A model generated the notes under the pieces. It ran no database searches and was not told the origin of the DNA. It saw nothing but the letters and a program-made list of their open reading frames with translations. Of a stretch of DNA of 64,000 bases, positions 9,014 to 18,257 are shown piece by piece (within the stretch, counting starts at the first letter, position 1; every line of letters begins with the position of its first letter). This DNA comes from Bdellovibrionales bacterium. GTDB lineage: Bacteria > Bdellovibrionota > Bdellovibrionia > Bdellovibrionales > UBA1609. Location of the stretch: the NCBI GenBank assembly GCA_965200875.1, contig OZ241456.1:1056001-1120000 (forward strand), written 5' to 3'. The translations under genes were made by a program, and so were the position numbers.

Positions 9014-10993
9014 TTACTTTTTTAGTTTATTTGTTTTACTTATTTTCTCCAAAAAATTCTTTAATATTTTCTGAATTTTTTCTTGGTTTAAATCACTCTT
9101 TTCCATTTTTTGAATACATTGTTCTTTTATTTCACATATCATCCTCTGCACCTGTTCGTTCATATCTTCTTTTTTTAGACCTTCAGGTTTATTATTTTTC
9201 GAGATTAGTTTTGTTAAGCACTTTTTAGTAGACTCAATTCTATTATCTTCCGGCAATTGTTCAATATCTATGTCACCTATATTGTTATTGGCTAAAATAC
9301 CTTTAACTATTTTTAGAAAAAAATCTCTATTATAAAAATCTTCAATGGTTATTGCATTACTACCCAGATCTTTATATGTATACCAATATTTCGGATTTTT
9401 CATATTTTTCTTTTCTTGTTTTGCACTCTTATCTGAATCAGAGAGAATAAAATATTGTCTATTGACTAATTCAAGTATGGAAGTAACAGTTTTAATATTT
9501 TTCACCCCATCTGTATAACATATTCCAAAATTCTGCCAATTAGAGTCATCAGTCATAAACAGTTTAAGAATTTTTTTATCAGTATAACCTTCCAGTAAAA
9601 TATTTTTTTGTTTCAGCTCTTCATATATGGAATATCCTATTGCTTGGTACACCATTTCAGCAGGTGATGTGCCATCTTCTTTTGCTGATTGAATTGTAGT
9701 GTTTTCCTTATCTCTGGAAACAATAAGATTATTCTCTATATTTTCAGTGTCAATCATTGAAATGGAATGTGTGGCATAAACAACCCAACTGTTTTTACCC
9801 AGTTTTATCAATTTGTTTCTTAAATCCTTTGCACTACTAGGGTGCAAGCCTACTTCCGGCTCATCAATTAAAATCAGTTTTTGCTGTTTTTCTGATATTT
9901 GTTCCTCTACACTCATTAGCAGTAAAAAAGAAATTAGTCTGCGAAAACCATCACTTCTTTGTTGAAAATCAAAAGTGTTCATTGAATCTTCTATTCCTAT
10001 CACTATATTAGATCCATCTGACCGCAACTGTAATTTAACATCTGTAAATTCTTTCCAACTTTTTTTTATATATTCATTTGTTTTTTTATTAACTGTCTCC
10101 AATAAATTTTTATAGGAATTATAACTATTTGATTTTTCAGAAATTTCCTTTCCAATATCTGTTTCCTGGATCCCTGACAACAAAAACATATTCTTTAACG
10201 GAATACAAGTATTTGGATCGCTAACAAAAGTGTTTTTATCAAGATGTGTTGGTAAATCATGTTTTGCTTTGTTATATTCCCATTTAATAACAGGAAAGGA
10301 AATTTTAATATTATTTGGAGGTGTAACTAATTCTCCTATAATGTTTTGTAAATTTTGATATATTTCTTTTAATGTAGTTTGTGATAAATACTCTATAATT
10401 TTATGTTTTTCTTGTTCTGTAAATTGGTACAGTAGATCTTCATTTAAATAAGATACAGTCTCCGGTATTTTTTTAAAGTCTGGATGAGCAGAAAAAAATA
10501 CAGGGTTAAGATGATGCCAATTATTTCCAGTAAGAATTATTTTTTTTGATAGAATATCATTTTCTAATTCTTTTGATTTGAATGGTGGTAACCACTTTTT
10601 TGATTGTTGCTCTTTAACCTCATATATTACGGATGTTGGAAGAATTGCAGGCAAAATTGCAGAACAAAATTTTTTAACACTATGTTCATCTGTTATCATA
10701 GCATTTTTGTCAACAAAAAATTTTTCAAGTAATTTGTTGTTGACCTCTTTTAGGTTGGTTTGTTCTATGTCAAATAAAAATTCAATACATGTATCTGAGT
10801 CAGATTGTTCTTTTTTATCATTTGGATCAATATTTTCTGAGCTTGATAATAAGCTCAAAGCCTTTAATATATTAGATTTTCCACTTTCGTTTTTTCCAAC
10901 TAGGACTTTATGTCCACTCTGAGAAAAATCGAGTTCCATATTTTTTATAGAACGAAAATTCTCTATCTTAACTGATTTTAATTTTAATTTCAT
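9014..10993 (-). CDS. OLD-family ABC-ATPase/TOPRIM nuclease
   Basis: Walker A GKNESGKS, RSDGFR, LILIDEPE, ATHS, TOPRIM LLEGYTD and SDSD. Confidence 0.85.
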   Translation of the reverse strand: MKLKLKSVKIENFRSIKNMELDFSQSGHKVLVGKNESGKSNILKALSLLSSSENIDPNDKKEQSDSDTCIEFLFDIEQTNLKEVNNKLLEKFFVDKNAMITDEHSVKKFCSAILPAILPTSVIYEVKEQQSKKWLPPFKSKELENDILSKKIILTGNNWHHLNPVFFSAHPDFKKIPETVSYLNEDLLYQFTEQEKHKIIEYLSQTTLKEIYQNLQNIIGELVTPPNNIKISFPVIKWEYNKAKHDLPTHLDKNTFVSDPNTCIPLKNMFLLSGIQETDIGKEISEKSNSYNSYKNLLETVNKKTNEYIKKSWKEFTDVKLQLRSDGSNIVIGIEDSMNTFDFQQRSDGFRRLISFLLLMSVEEQISEKQQKLILIDEPEVGLHPSSAKDLRNKLIKLGKNSWVVYATHSISMIDTENIENNLIVSRDKENTTIQSAKEDGTSPAEMVYQAIGYSIYEELKQKNILLEGYTDKKILKLFMTDDSNWQNFGICYTDGVKNIKTVTSILELVNRQYFILSDSDKSAKQEKKNMKNPKYWYTYKDLGSNAITIEDFYNRDFFLKIVKGILANNNIGDIDIEQLPEDNRIESTKKCLTKLISKNNKPEGLKKEDMNEQVQRMICEIKEQCIQKMEKSDLNQEKIQKILKNFLEKISKTNKLKK

Positions 10994-11304
10994 AAAATCC
11001 TCCTATATCTATACAATACTCATTAGGTTGTTTTTAAACCCCTCTACTTTACAGCTAAGCTTTGAGACCTTGAAGATTCAAAATCGATAGTATAATTTGC
11101 CTGAAAAATACCTTAAAACATAAAATATAGGTGCAATTTTTCCGATGTCAAGGTGATCAATTAAAAAAATATCCTTGAGCTTCAAAATTAACTGTTTCTG
11201 CACAAAGAAAGAGGGATACGCTTGCCCCTCCCCTCATCAAGCCACAGCAACAGAAGGTTGCCCGGCTCACAGGAAAATGCTTTTTGTAAGGCTGTACTTG
11301 GAAC

Positions 11305-11469
11305 TGTGATTCGTGAGAAAGCTTGTCCTCGCGAATGGCATAATGTGTGCCCTGCGGGGATATGTTATTTTGACTGGATTCCCGCATACGCGGGAATAAC
11401 GATCCTTGGAGACTATTCGAAGAAATGACAATGGTATTGTAAATAAAAGGGAGTGTTCACGAGCCATTA
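11305..11469. repeat. Degenerate copy of dispersed MITE/REP-like element
   Basis: TATGTTATTTTGACTGGATTCCCGCATACGCGGGAAT core; end TTCACGAGCCATTA overlaps the stop of the next gene. Confidence 0.75.
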
Positions 11470-12285
11470 TTTACTGTTTTTACTTAATTGAAAAATTGCT
11501 GTTTTTAAAACCTGAAAACATAGTTTAGCAGTGTGTTCATCCGGGTTAAATTTTTTGACAGCTTGCTGATATGGGTGAATATAATTTCTAAAATTTCTCA
11601 ATGAATGGCTGAATTTCTGTACATCTTCATTTAATAACTCAACTTCTTTAGCCACATCAATCAAACTACTAAGAGTCCATTTCTGAAATGGTAAAACTTT
11701 CTTGTTTTTATCTTTAGGACATGCTTTGGTGGAATTAAACTCTTTGGTTTTCTGTAAAGCGACACCGAGTAATATGCCTTCAAGAGTGCTTCCACATAAA
11801 AAAATTGTTGCCAAGACTGATTTGGAATGCAAGCATTGTTCAATTTCTTGCATTCTTTGCTCAATTATTTGTGTTATTGAGAGATCTAAATTTAATTTTT
11901 GAATGGAAATATTTTTGAATTCTCTTTTTAGAAAAATATCCTCTGATTCCTGTTCTGTGATTTGTTCTCGATTTCCTTTTTGTAATCGTAAAATTATTTT
12001 TATAGCTTTGGCCTTATCATAAGAATTAACACTTTCTATAGCGCAAGCATATTCAAGCAAGTCTTTTAGCACCTGACTAACAGTTTTATCTGACTCAATT
12101 TCCCAAAAAGCCCTAAGCCTTTTCATTTTTGATCTGCCGTTAATATGATATTTATTCGCTTCAATATTTATTCCATGTTCTCTAAAGAATTCAGCAAAGG
12201 TTTTATCATTAAAATTAAGGACATACCCATCACGATCAAATAATTTTTCAAAAATAACTTTCTCGTGCATTTTTAATTGAGACAT
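11467..12285 (-). CDS. AbiJ-like N-terminal domain plus HEPN-like C-terminal defence protein
   Basis: GYVLNF..F...SKMKRLRAFW N-terminus; RNFRNYIHP HEPN-type motif. Confidence 0.6.
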   Translation of the reverse strand: MSQLKMHEKVIFEKLFDRDGYVLNFNDKTFAEFFREHGINIEANKYHINGRSKMKRLRAFWEIESDKTVSQVLKDLLEYACAIESVNSYDKAKAIKIILRLQKGNREQITEQESEDIFLKREFKNISIQKLNLDLSITQIIEQRMQEIEQCLHSKSVLATIFLCGSTLEGILLGVALQKTKEFNSTKACPKDKNKKVLPFQKWTLSSLIDVAKEVELLNEDVQKFSHSLRNFRNYIHPYQQAVKKFNPDEHTAKLCFQVLKTAIFQLSKNSK

Positions 12286-12313
12286 TTTACCCTCGCTTGA
12301 TGATTTATCATTT

Positions 12314-13810
12314 TTAACAATATGGCATCACTTGTGTTTTGTCATATTTAAAAGCTAATCTCACAGAACCAGTTATTAGTTTTGGCAATAGAATATTACG
12401 CAGTTTTTCAAGGTTTAAAATTTGAGACTGATTGTGATATATTTTATTAAATAATGGCTCTACTAAAAACTGAAAACGAGATATAACACCTTTATCTGGC
12501 ATCGAAACCATAATTTTTGAAAAATTACTAGTGTTTAAATTCATTGTGGTTGTGCCACCACTAGCCATTGCTTCCAATGAAGATTGAAATGATTTCATAA
12601 AAAGATAGATGAAATATCTATACTTATCCTCTTTTGGAATAATAGAGTTTATTTGTTGATTGGTCTGGCTTTCAAAAGCATTCATTGAAATTAAACCAAC
12701 TGTTGCAATACAGCTTACACAAATTGATTTTTTTGGTATGGTTTTATTACTTTGAGAATTTTGTCCTGATTTTGAAAGTCCATCCTCTGTTTTAAATACA
12801 AAAGTATTTCCGTGCATATCAGGAATTTTTATAAATGGTATTTTCTTACCAAAATATTTATGTATCTTTTTTGACGGTGTTTTTCCACAGATAATATATC
12901 CAAAATATGATAAAGGTTTTTGTGGCCAGTGGGGGTTGGCATCTTGGATAAACCATTTGTGGAAGAGGGTTTGAGCCATTTCTTCCAAAGTTTTGTTTTG
13001 TTCATGCAACAGTTCAATTTTGTCATCCAAACTAGACAACACTTCAGCAATCGCCTTTTGTTCAGAGAGGGGAGGGAGTAGAATTTCTAAATTCATAAGC
13101 TCATCTATCTGCACTCTTTGTCTTCCTGAAGAACCAGTCATGGATTTTATGGCTAAATCTCTAAAATATGAAGAGATAGTAAAATAAAACAGATAATACT
13201 TATCAACTAAATTGTATTTACCTCTCATAACAATAAATTCTGTTGAACCAAAACCTAATTCATCTTTCTCTAAAAAATTAACAAAAGCTGTTTTTCCATT
13301 TTCCAAACAAGGTGTTATTCTGGCCACTAAAGTATCACCATTTCTGAACTTTGATCCCCCTTTGTATAATTCATTTGTATAACCAGACACTTTTCGTTTA
13401 AAAGATATTAAATTATCCATCAATACTTTTTTTGCCAATGATTTTTTTGGAAGTTTTTCCAGTGGATTAAAAATGACAACTTCCCCCAGTTTCACTTTGT
13501 GCCAGCCTTTTCTGTAAATGATTATTCCATACTTATCAATATGCTCTTTTAAGTTTTGATTATCAATTTTTGGATAAGAGACAAAATCAAAAAAAAATGG
13601 CAAATCTGTTTCTTCTTCAAAATAAAATTTCAGATCAGAAATCAGTTTATGGTTGGCTTTTTTTCCTTTAATGGCCATATCCACATCTGAAGCTTCTTTA
13701 AAAGTATTTATAGCCCTAGACCCAAATAATAAAGCTGACTCAATCTCTTCATATCGAGAGAGAATTGTGGTTACTTCATTAAGTTGTGATTCTGAAAGAC
13801 CATATTTCAC
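12314..13810 (-). CDS. hsdS: MNT nucleotidyltransferase fused to type I R-M specificity subunit HsdS
   Basis: aa1-100 LFGSRA..SDVDMAI; then TRD1, LPPLSEQKAIAEVLSSLDDKIEL spacer, TRD2 and LRNILLPKLITG. Confidence 0.92.
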   Translation of the reverse strand: MKYGLSESQLNEVTTILSRYEEIESALLFGSRAINTFKEASDVDMAIKGKKANHKLISDLKFYFEEETDLPFFFDFVSYPKIDNQNLKEHIDKYGIIIYRKGWHKVKLGEVVIFNPLEKLPKKSLAKKVLMDNLISFKRKVSGYTNELYKGGSKFRNGDTLVARITPCLENGKTAFVNFLEKDELGFGSTEFIVMRGKYNLVDKYYLFYFTISSYFRDLAIKSMTGSSGRQRVQIDELMNLEILLPPLSEQKAIAEVLSSLDDKIELLHEQNKTLEEMAQTLFHKWFIQDANPHWPQKPLSYFGYIICGKTPSKKIHKYFGKKIPFIKIPDMHGNTFVFKTEDGLSKSGQNSQSNKTIPKKSICVSCIATVGLISMNAFESQTNQQINSIIPKEDKYRYFIYLFMKSFQSSLEAMASGGTTTMNLNTSNFSKIMVSMPDKGVISRFQFLVEPLFNKIYHNQSQILNLEKLRNILLPKLITGSVRLAFKYDKTQVMPYC

Positions 13811-13899
13811 GATTTTTTACCCTCATGTTACATTGACAAATCTGAATTTTTATCGGTCCTATACGTAATATCAAATTTAAAATAGCAAGTTTCAAGTTT

Positions 13900-14319
13900 T
13901 TATTCTGAAGTATTTATTTCTTTCTTTAAATTATGATATAGGTCTCTCACAAGAGAGAAGTAAATATCATTTATAAAACCAATAACTTCTTTTAAAATTT
14001 CAGGATGATAAACATGGCTGGTTTGATTGCGTTTTTTAAAAGCTTCTATCCAAGCTTCAGCATCACTTATTATTTCTGATTGAAAAGCCTGTCGAATAAC
14101 TTTTCTTGGTGTTTCCAAATCACTGAATCCTGCATTTTCCAAATAATCTTTTAATGTGTTTCGTGTAAGTTCCATTAATATTTCATAACTTTGAATCAAT
14201 GATAGTTGATAAGCTTCATTTTCTGGATTTTCTTCATACTCTTTTTGTCTTCGGCAAAAAAGATTAAAAGATTTTTCAAAATTTTCAAACCTTTGTTTCC
14301 ATCTTTTTTCGTTATTCAT
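13900..14319 (-). CDS. HI0074-family HEPN protein (nucleotidyltransferase substrate-binding; putative toxin)
   Basis: RWKQRFENF, LIQSYE, TPRKVIRQAF, RNQTSH Rx4H motif. Confidence 0.9.
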   Translation of the reverse strand: MNNEKRWKQRFENFEKSFNLFCRRQKEYEENPENEAYQLSLIQSYEILMELTRNTLKDYLENAGFSDLETPRKVIRQAFQSEIISDAEAWIEAFKKRNQTSHVYHPEILKEVIGFINDIYFSLVRDLYHNLKKEINTSE

Positions 14320-14352
14320 TGAGTACCCCGTATGAGTAGTTTATAAGTAAAC

Positions 14353-14383
14353 ATAATACCTCTTTGGTGTAAACAGTCAAGTG
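14353..14383 (-). promoter_or_regulatory. Sigma70-like promoter for HEPN / MNT-hsdS
   Basis: TTGACT-N16-TATTAT; 18-bp core duplicated at 16333-16350. Confidence 0.55.
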
Positions 14384-14452
14384 ATTTTAAAATCTTCAGG
14401 TATACCTTTTTCTAGTTCATTACATCAACAGAAACTAATAAATTGCTTCTCT

Positions 14453-15010
14453 TTAATGACTAAAATCAGGTGCCACTCTCCGGCATTCATTAAATACACT
14501 TGTTGCAATTGTTATAGTGGATGACATATCAAATTTTTTTTTGCTGATATAGCCAATATCGCCCATGCGCTATCCAATGGCGATAATTTATAAGTTCATA
14601 AAAACTGGAAATGGTAGGTTTATGCACACCTCGCACCTTTTGTTTCCATATTTCCAATATATCTTCTTTCAAACGCACCTTACTAATAGATTTTTTTCTT
14701 TAAATATTTTGTTAAAACTTTTATTTGGTTCTTGATTTAGCTTTTGTTTGCAGACCCGTTTATTAAAATCCTGTCTAAAAATTGCTTCCATAGCGGATAC
14801 AATTTTAAAGACATACGCTGTTTCCAATTCATCCTGTAGTTTTTGAAAATACTGTTTGGCTTCATTTTCAGTCATACCTAAAAAGTCTTGTAATTCATTT
14901 TTCAGAGTCGATCCAGGGTGTATTTTGATTACTCTCTCAAGATGGGTTAAAGCTAATCGAGTATGAATATACCAATTATTTATATCATAAAATATATTTA
15001 TTTTTATCAT
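14453..15010 (-). pseudogene. HEPN-like protein broken by two homopolymer frameshifts
   Basis: After the A7 run the alternative frame reads SISKVRLKEDILEIW..NYRHWIAHGRYW (Rx4H); an A9 run truncates again. Confidence 0.65.
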
Positions 15011-15114
15011 GCCAATTTATTCCATTTACTTAAATCAATTATATTCTCATTGTTATAAAAAAATATTGAAATAAAAAACTGACTAAAGATTCTTACAACA
15101 AGAGTACACTCAAA

Positions 15115-15678
15115 TTAAGAAATAAGTTGTTCAAAAACTTCCGTAAATTCATTCTCAGTAAAGAGATTGACTCCAGTTGTTGGTATTTGTCTTGAGATTT
15201 TCCATACCAGATCTTGTGAGCTGTGTTGTTTTGTCTTTTTATCTTCAGGCTTTTTGTACTTTTCATATTCAAGTTCTGTATTAAATCCCTGGATTTTTAT
15301 GGAAGGTTGCCCATCTTTGCTCAATAGCAAAAGAAGTGCTTTTCGGTTACCACAAATGATGTCCACTCTACCTCTGGCACCTATAATTAATCTTCCTTGA
15401 GGAATAAAGTGGATAATATGGCCACCTACTGTCCATATCAGTTGATCTATTTGATAAGAACCAATATAGTTTTCAGAAATTGTTATTTTCTGCTTATCCA
15501 ATTGTACTTTATTAAACGCACCTGATTTTCTTATCCAACCTTCGACTTGCTCATATAAATTGTGGACATGAGTTTTCCATTCCACTAAAACTTTATTCCA
15601 ATCCACTTCGGATTTTTTAGATGTTGCTTCATCAATAAGATCTTTTAATTTTTTACTGGCTAAATTCATCATTACCAC
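15115..15678 (-). CDS. Hypothetical protein (defence-island cargo)
   Basis: 187-aa ORF with RBS GAGGT; IIGARGRVDI motif. Confidence 0.7.
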   Translation of the reverse strand: MVMMNLASKKLKDLIDEATSKKSEVDWNKVLVEWKTHVHNLYEQVEGWIRKSGAFNKVQLDKQKITISENYIGSYQIDQLIWTVGGHIIHFIPQGRLIIGARGRVDIICGNRKALLLLLSKDGQPSIKIQGFNTELEYEKYKKPEDKKTKQHSSQDLVWKISRQIPTTGVNLFTENEFTEVFEQLIS

Positions 15679-15757
15679 CTCTTAATTTTTTTATTGGTTT
15701 ATTGTCACTACCTCCCCATTTGCTGTCGTCTAAGTAAAGTGTGTATAAGCTCATTAG

Positions 15758-16129
15758 TTAAGGTATCATCAAAGTTGTTGGGTTTTTATCAGCCCATATT
15801 TTTTTTAACACTGGTCGCATAAAAGATTCCTGAGATACAGGCATTAAAGGTGGCGCAGGCATTTCTTTAAGTTGTTTTGTTTCTTTCTCTACAACCGGGA
15901 GACTTGGATGCTCTCCGCTGTTTGTATTGCGTGTAAAACCAACGCATTCGCCTGTTAAATTTCTTAAGATCCCACCGCTAAACCAACCTCTCTGAGAACC
16001 ATTAAAATCATGTACTCTGTCATTTTCTATGTATCCGGCATATATGCTGTCGACACAACTAAACAACAAACTATTATTTATAATGAGTAGTGAAGCGTGG
16101 CCTTTTCGATCAAAAATAATTTTTTTCAT
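15758..16129 (-). CDS. 4-fold beta-flower-like protein
   Basis: Short Gly/aromatic beta units (FDRKG, AGYI, DFNG, GWF..G) with Pro-rich tail; start moved to ATG 16129. Confidence 0.55.
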   Translation of the reverse strand: MKKIIFDRKGHASLLIINNSLLFSCVDSIYAGYIENDRVHDFNGSQRGWFSGGILRNLTGECVGFTRNTNSGEHPSLPVVEKETKQLKEMPAPPLMPVSQESFMRPVLKKIWADKNPTTLMIP

Positions 16130-16317
16130 AATACTATGTCCTGTTTGAAATCTGTTTTCACGGAGCTGGCAAGCCACGGAAACGAAAAATAATATGAGTT
16201 GGTTTTCAGTTTTTTTGTGGTTTTTAGAGCTGAGCTTTCTATTTTCCTTTAGAGCTAAGCTTTCCAATTTCCTTTTTTTGGGCCTTTTAAGTCAAAATTA
16301 CTTAAAAACCATGAAAC

Positions 16318-16350
16318 ATCATATCTTTTTTCGGTGTAAACAGTCAAGTG
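16318..16350 (-). promoter_or_regulatory. Sigma70-like promoter, duplicate of 14353-14383
   Basis: TTGACT-N18-TATGAT. Confidence 0.5.
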
Positions 16351-16371
16351 TTTGTAAACTGAACTGGAGTA

Positions 16372-18132
16372 TTATGTATCAATGCGGGAGAGGTTTTTTA
16401 AAATGCGACTGTTTAGTTTTTCTTCCTCTTTCATTTGTTGATCCAGATGGTCTTTTAATTCTGTAAATTTTTCTGCAAAATTAAAATTATTGTTTTCCTC
16501 TGGTAAGCCCACATAACGACCGGGGCTTAAAATGTAATCCAACTCTCGGATCTTTTGAATGGAAACAGAAGCACAAAAACCTGGTTCATCTTTGTAAATT
16601 AGAGGATTCCCATTTTCGCGAGATTGTACAGTAGGAAACTTGGCTTTTGAGTTTCCAGTTTTCCTGGCCTGATGATCTTCACGGGACTTACGATCTTCAC
16701 GGGCTTGATGAGATTCACGGGACTTACGAGCTTCATGGGTTTGCACACCTCCAGAGGAGCTTTCAGATGTTTCACGAGAAATGACAGCTTTACTTGAAAT
16801 TTTGTCGTTAAAATTGTGAGCACTTTCACCTTCCGCCAACCAACTATGGTATACATGGGCAATTTTGTGAATATCCTCATTATCCAACACGCGATTTCGG
16901 CGATTGATCAGCCGTCCTCTGTTTCTGGCATCAATAAATAGTATTTCATTTTTTCTGTTTGTTTTTCCTCGCCTCAAGAACCAAAGAGATGCTGGAATTT
17001 GAGTGTTTAAAAAAAGTTTGGCGGGCAAATTCACAATGCAATCTATAAGTCGATCTTCAACTATGTTTTTTCGGATTTTATCTTCGTTTGAAGATTTGGA
17101 AGTTAAAGAACCTTTGGCCATCACAAAGCCAGCTTGACCGCCAGGTTGATTTTCTGTCGGAGGTTTTAAATGATAAATAAAATGCTGTATCCAAGCAAAA
17201 TTGGCATTCTTTTCCGGTGGCAGACCATACTTCCAACGCCCATCTTTTTTAAGAAAAGCTTGCCCCCAACTGCTGTCGTTAAAAGGGGGGTTGGCAATAA
17301 TGTAATCCACTTTTAAATCCGGGTAAGCATTTTTCAGAAAAGAACCTTCATTATTCCATTTTACCTGCGAGCTTTCAATCCCACGAATAGCCAAATTCAT
17401 CTTGGCCAGTCGCCAAGTGGTTTGGTTGCTTTCCTGTCCGTAAATGGAAATATCGTTAATTCGTCCCTGATGCTCTTTAATAAATTTTTCAGACTGCACA
17501 AACATACCGCCTGTTCCTGCACAAGGATCAAACACCTTACCCTTGTAAGGCTTAAGCATTTCCACCAAAAGTTTTACAACAGAACGAGGGGTGTAAAACT
17601 GCCCACCTTTTTTGCCTTCTGCCAAGCCGAATTGACCTAAAAAATATTCAAATACATGACCTAAAATATCAGCACTGTGATTTTTAGCAGACTCCATATC
17701 AATATTGCTAAGCTCATCAATAAGTTTCCCGAGGCTTATCGGATCTAGGTTACCTTGAGTGTATATTTTTGGAAGAACATTTTTTAAAGTCGGGTTTTCT
17801 TTTTCAATGGCAGACATTGCTGAATCAATATCTTGGCCAATTTCCGGTAATTTAGCGCGAGAACGCAAATAAGACCAACGGGCCAAAGGTGGAACAAAAA
17901 AGATATTTTCCGCTTTGTATTCGTCACGGTCTTCTAGATCAGCCTTGCATTTTCCTTTGCTGGTTTTAAATTTACTGTGAAAGGCTTCAAAAGAATCAGA
18001 GATGTATTTTAGGAAAATTAAACCCAACACAATGTGTTTGTATTCAGCGGCATCAATGTTTTTTCTGAGATTATCTGCTGATAGCCACAGTTTTTTTTCT
18101 ATAGGTTCTTTTTTTGAAAATGTTTTTTTCAT
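16372..18132 (-). CDS. hsdM: Type I R-M methyltransferase subunit with repeat-derived in-frame insertion
   Basis: GQFYTP, DPCAGTGGMF, ANPPFN, LSPGRYVG. Confidence 0.96.
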   Translation of the reverse strand: MKKTFSKKEPIEKKLWLSADNLRKNIDAAEYKHIVLGLIFLKYISDSFEAFHSKFKTSKGKCKADLEDRDEYKAENIFFVPPLARWSYLRSRAKLPEIGQDIDSAMSAIEKENPTLKNVLPKIYTQGNLDPISLGKLIDELSNIDMESAKNHSADILGHVFEYFLGQFGLAEGKKGGQFYTPRSVVKLLVEMLKPYKGKVFDPCAGTGGMFVQSEKFIKEHQGRINDISIYGQESNQTTWRLAKMNLAIRGIESSQVKWNNEGSFLKNAYPDLKVDYIIANPPFNDSSWGQAFLKKDGRWKYGLPPEKNANFAWIQHFIYHLKPPTENQPGGQAGFVMAKGSLTSKSSNEDKIRKNIVEDRLIDCIVNLPAKLFLNTQIPASLWFLRRGKTNRKNEILFIDARNRGRLINRRNRVLDNEDIHKIAHVYHSWLAEGESAHNFNDKISSKAVISRETSESSSGGVQTHEARKSRESHQAREDRKSREDHQARKTGNSKAKFPTVQSRENGNPLIYKDEPGFCASVSIQKIRELDYILSPGRYVGLPEENNNFNFAEKFTELKDHLDQQMKEEEKLNSRILKNLSRIDT

Positions 18133-18257
18133 TTTTTGCTCCTTACAATTCTTTACATTCTCATAAAATAATATAAAAGGTCAATTTATTACAACTTTTT
18201 TTGGATCAAAATCTAAAAAAGACTTGACTTTTTGGGAATTTAGTATAAAATCGTCTG

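Noticed and set aside
11157..11467. Three short overlapping ORFs
   Set aside because: Translations of the repeat element and its flanks
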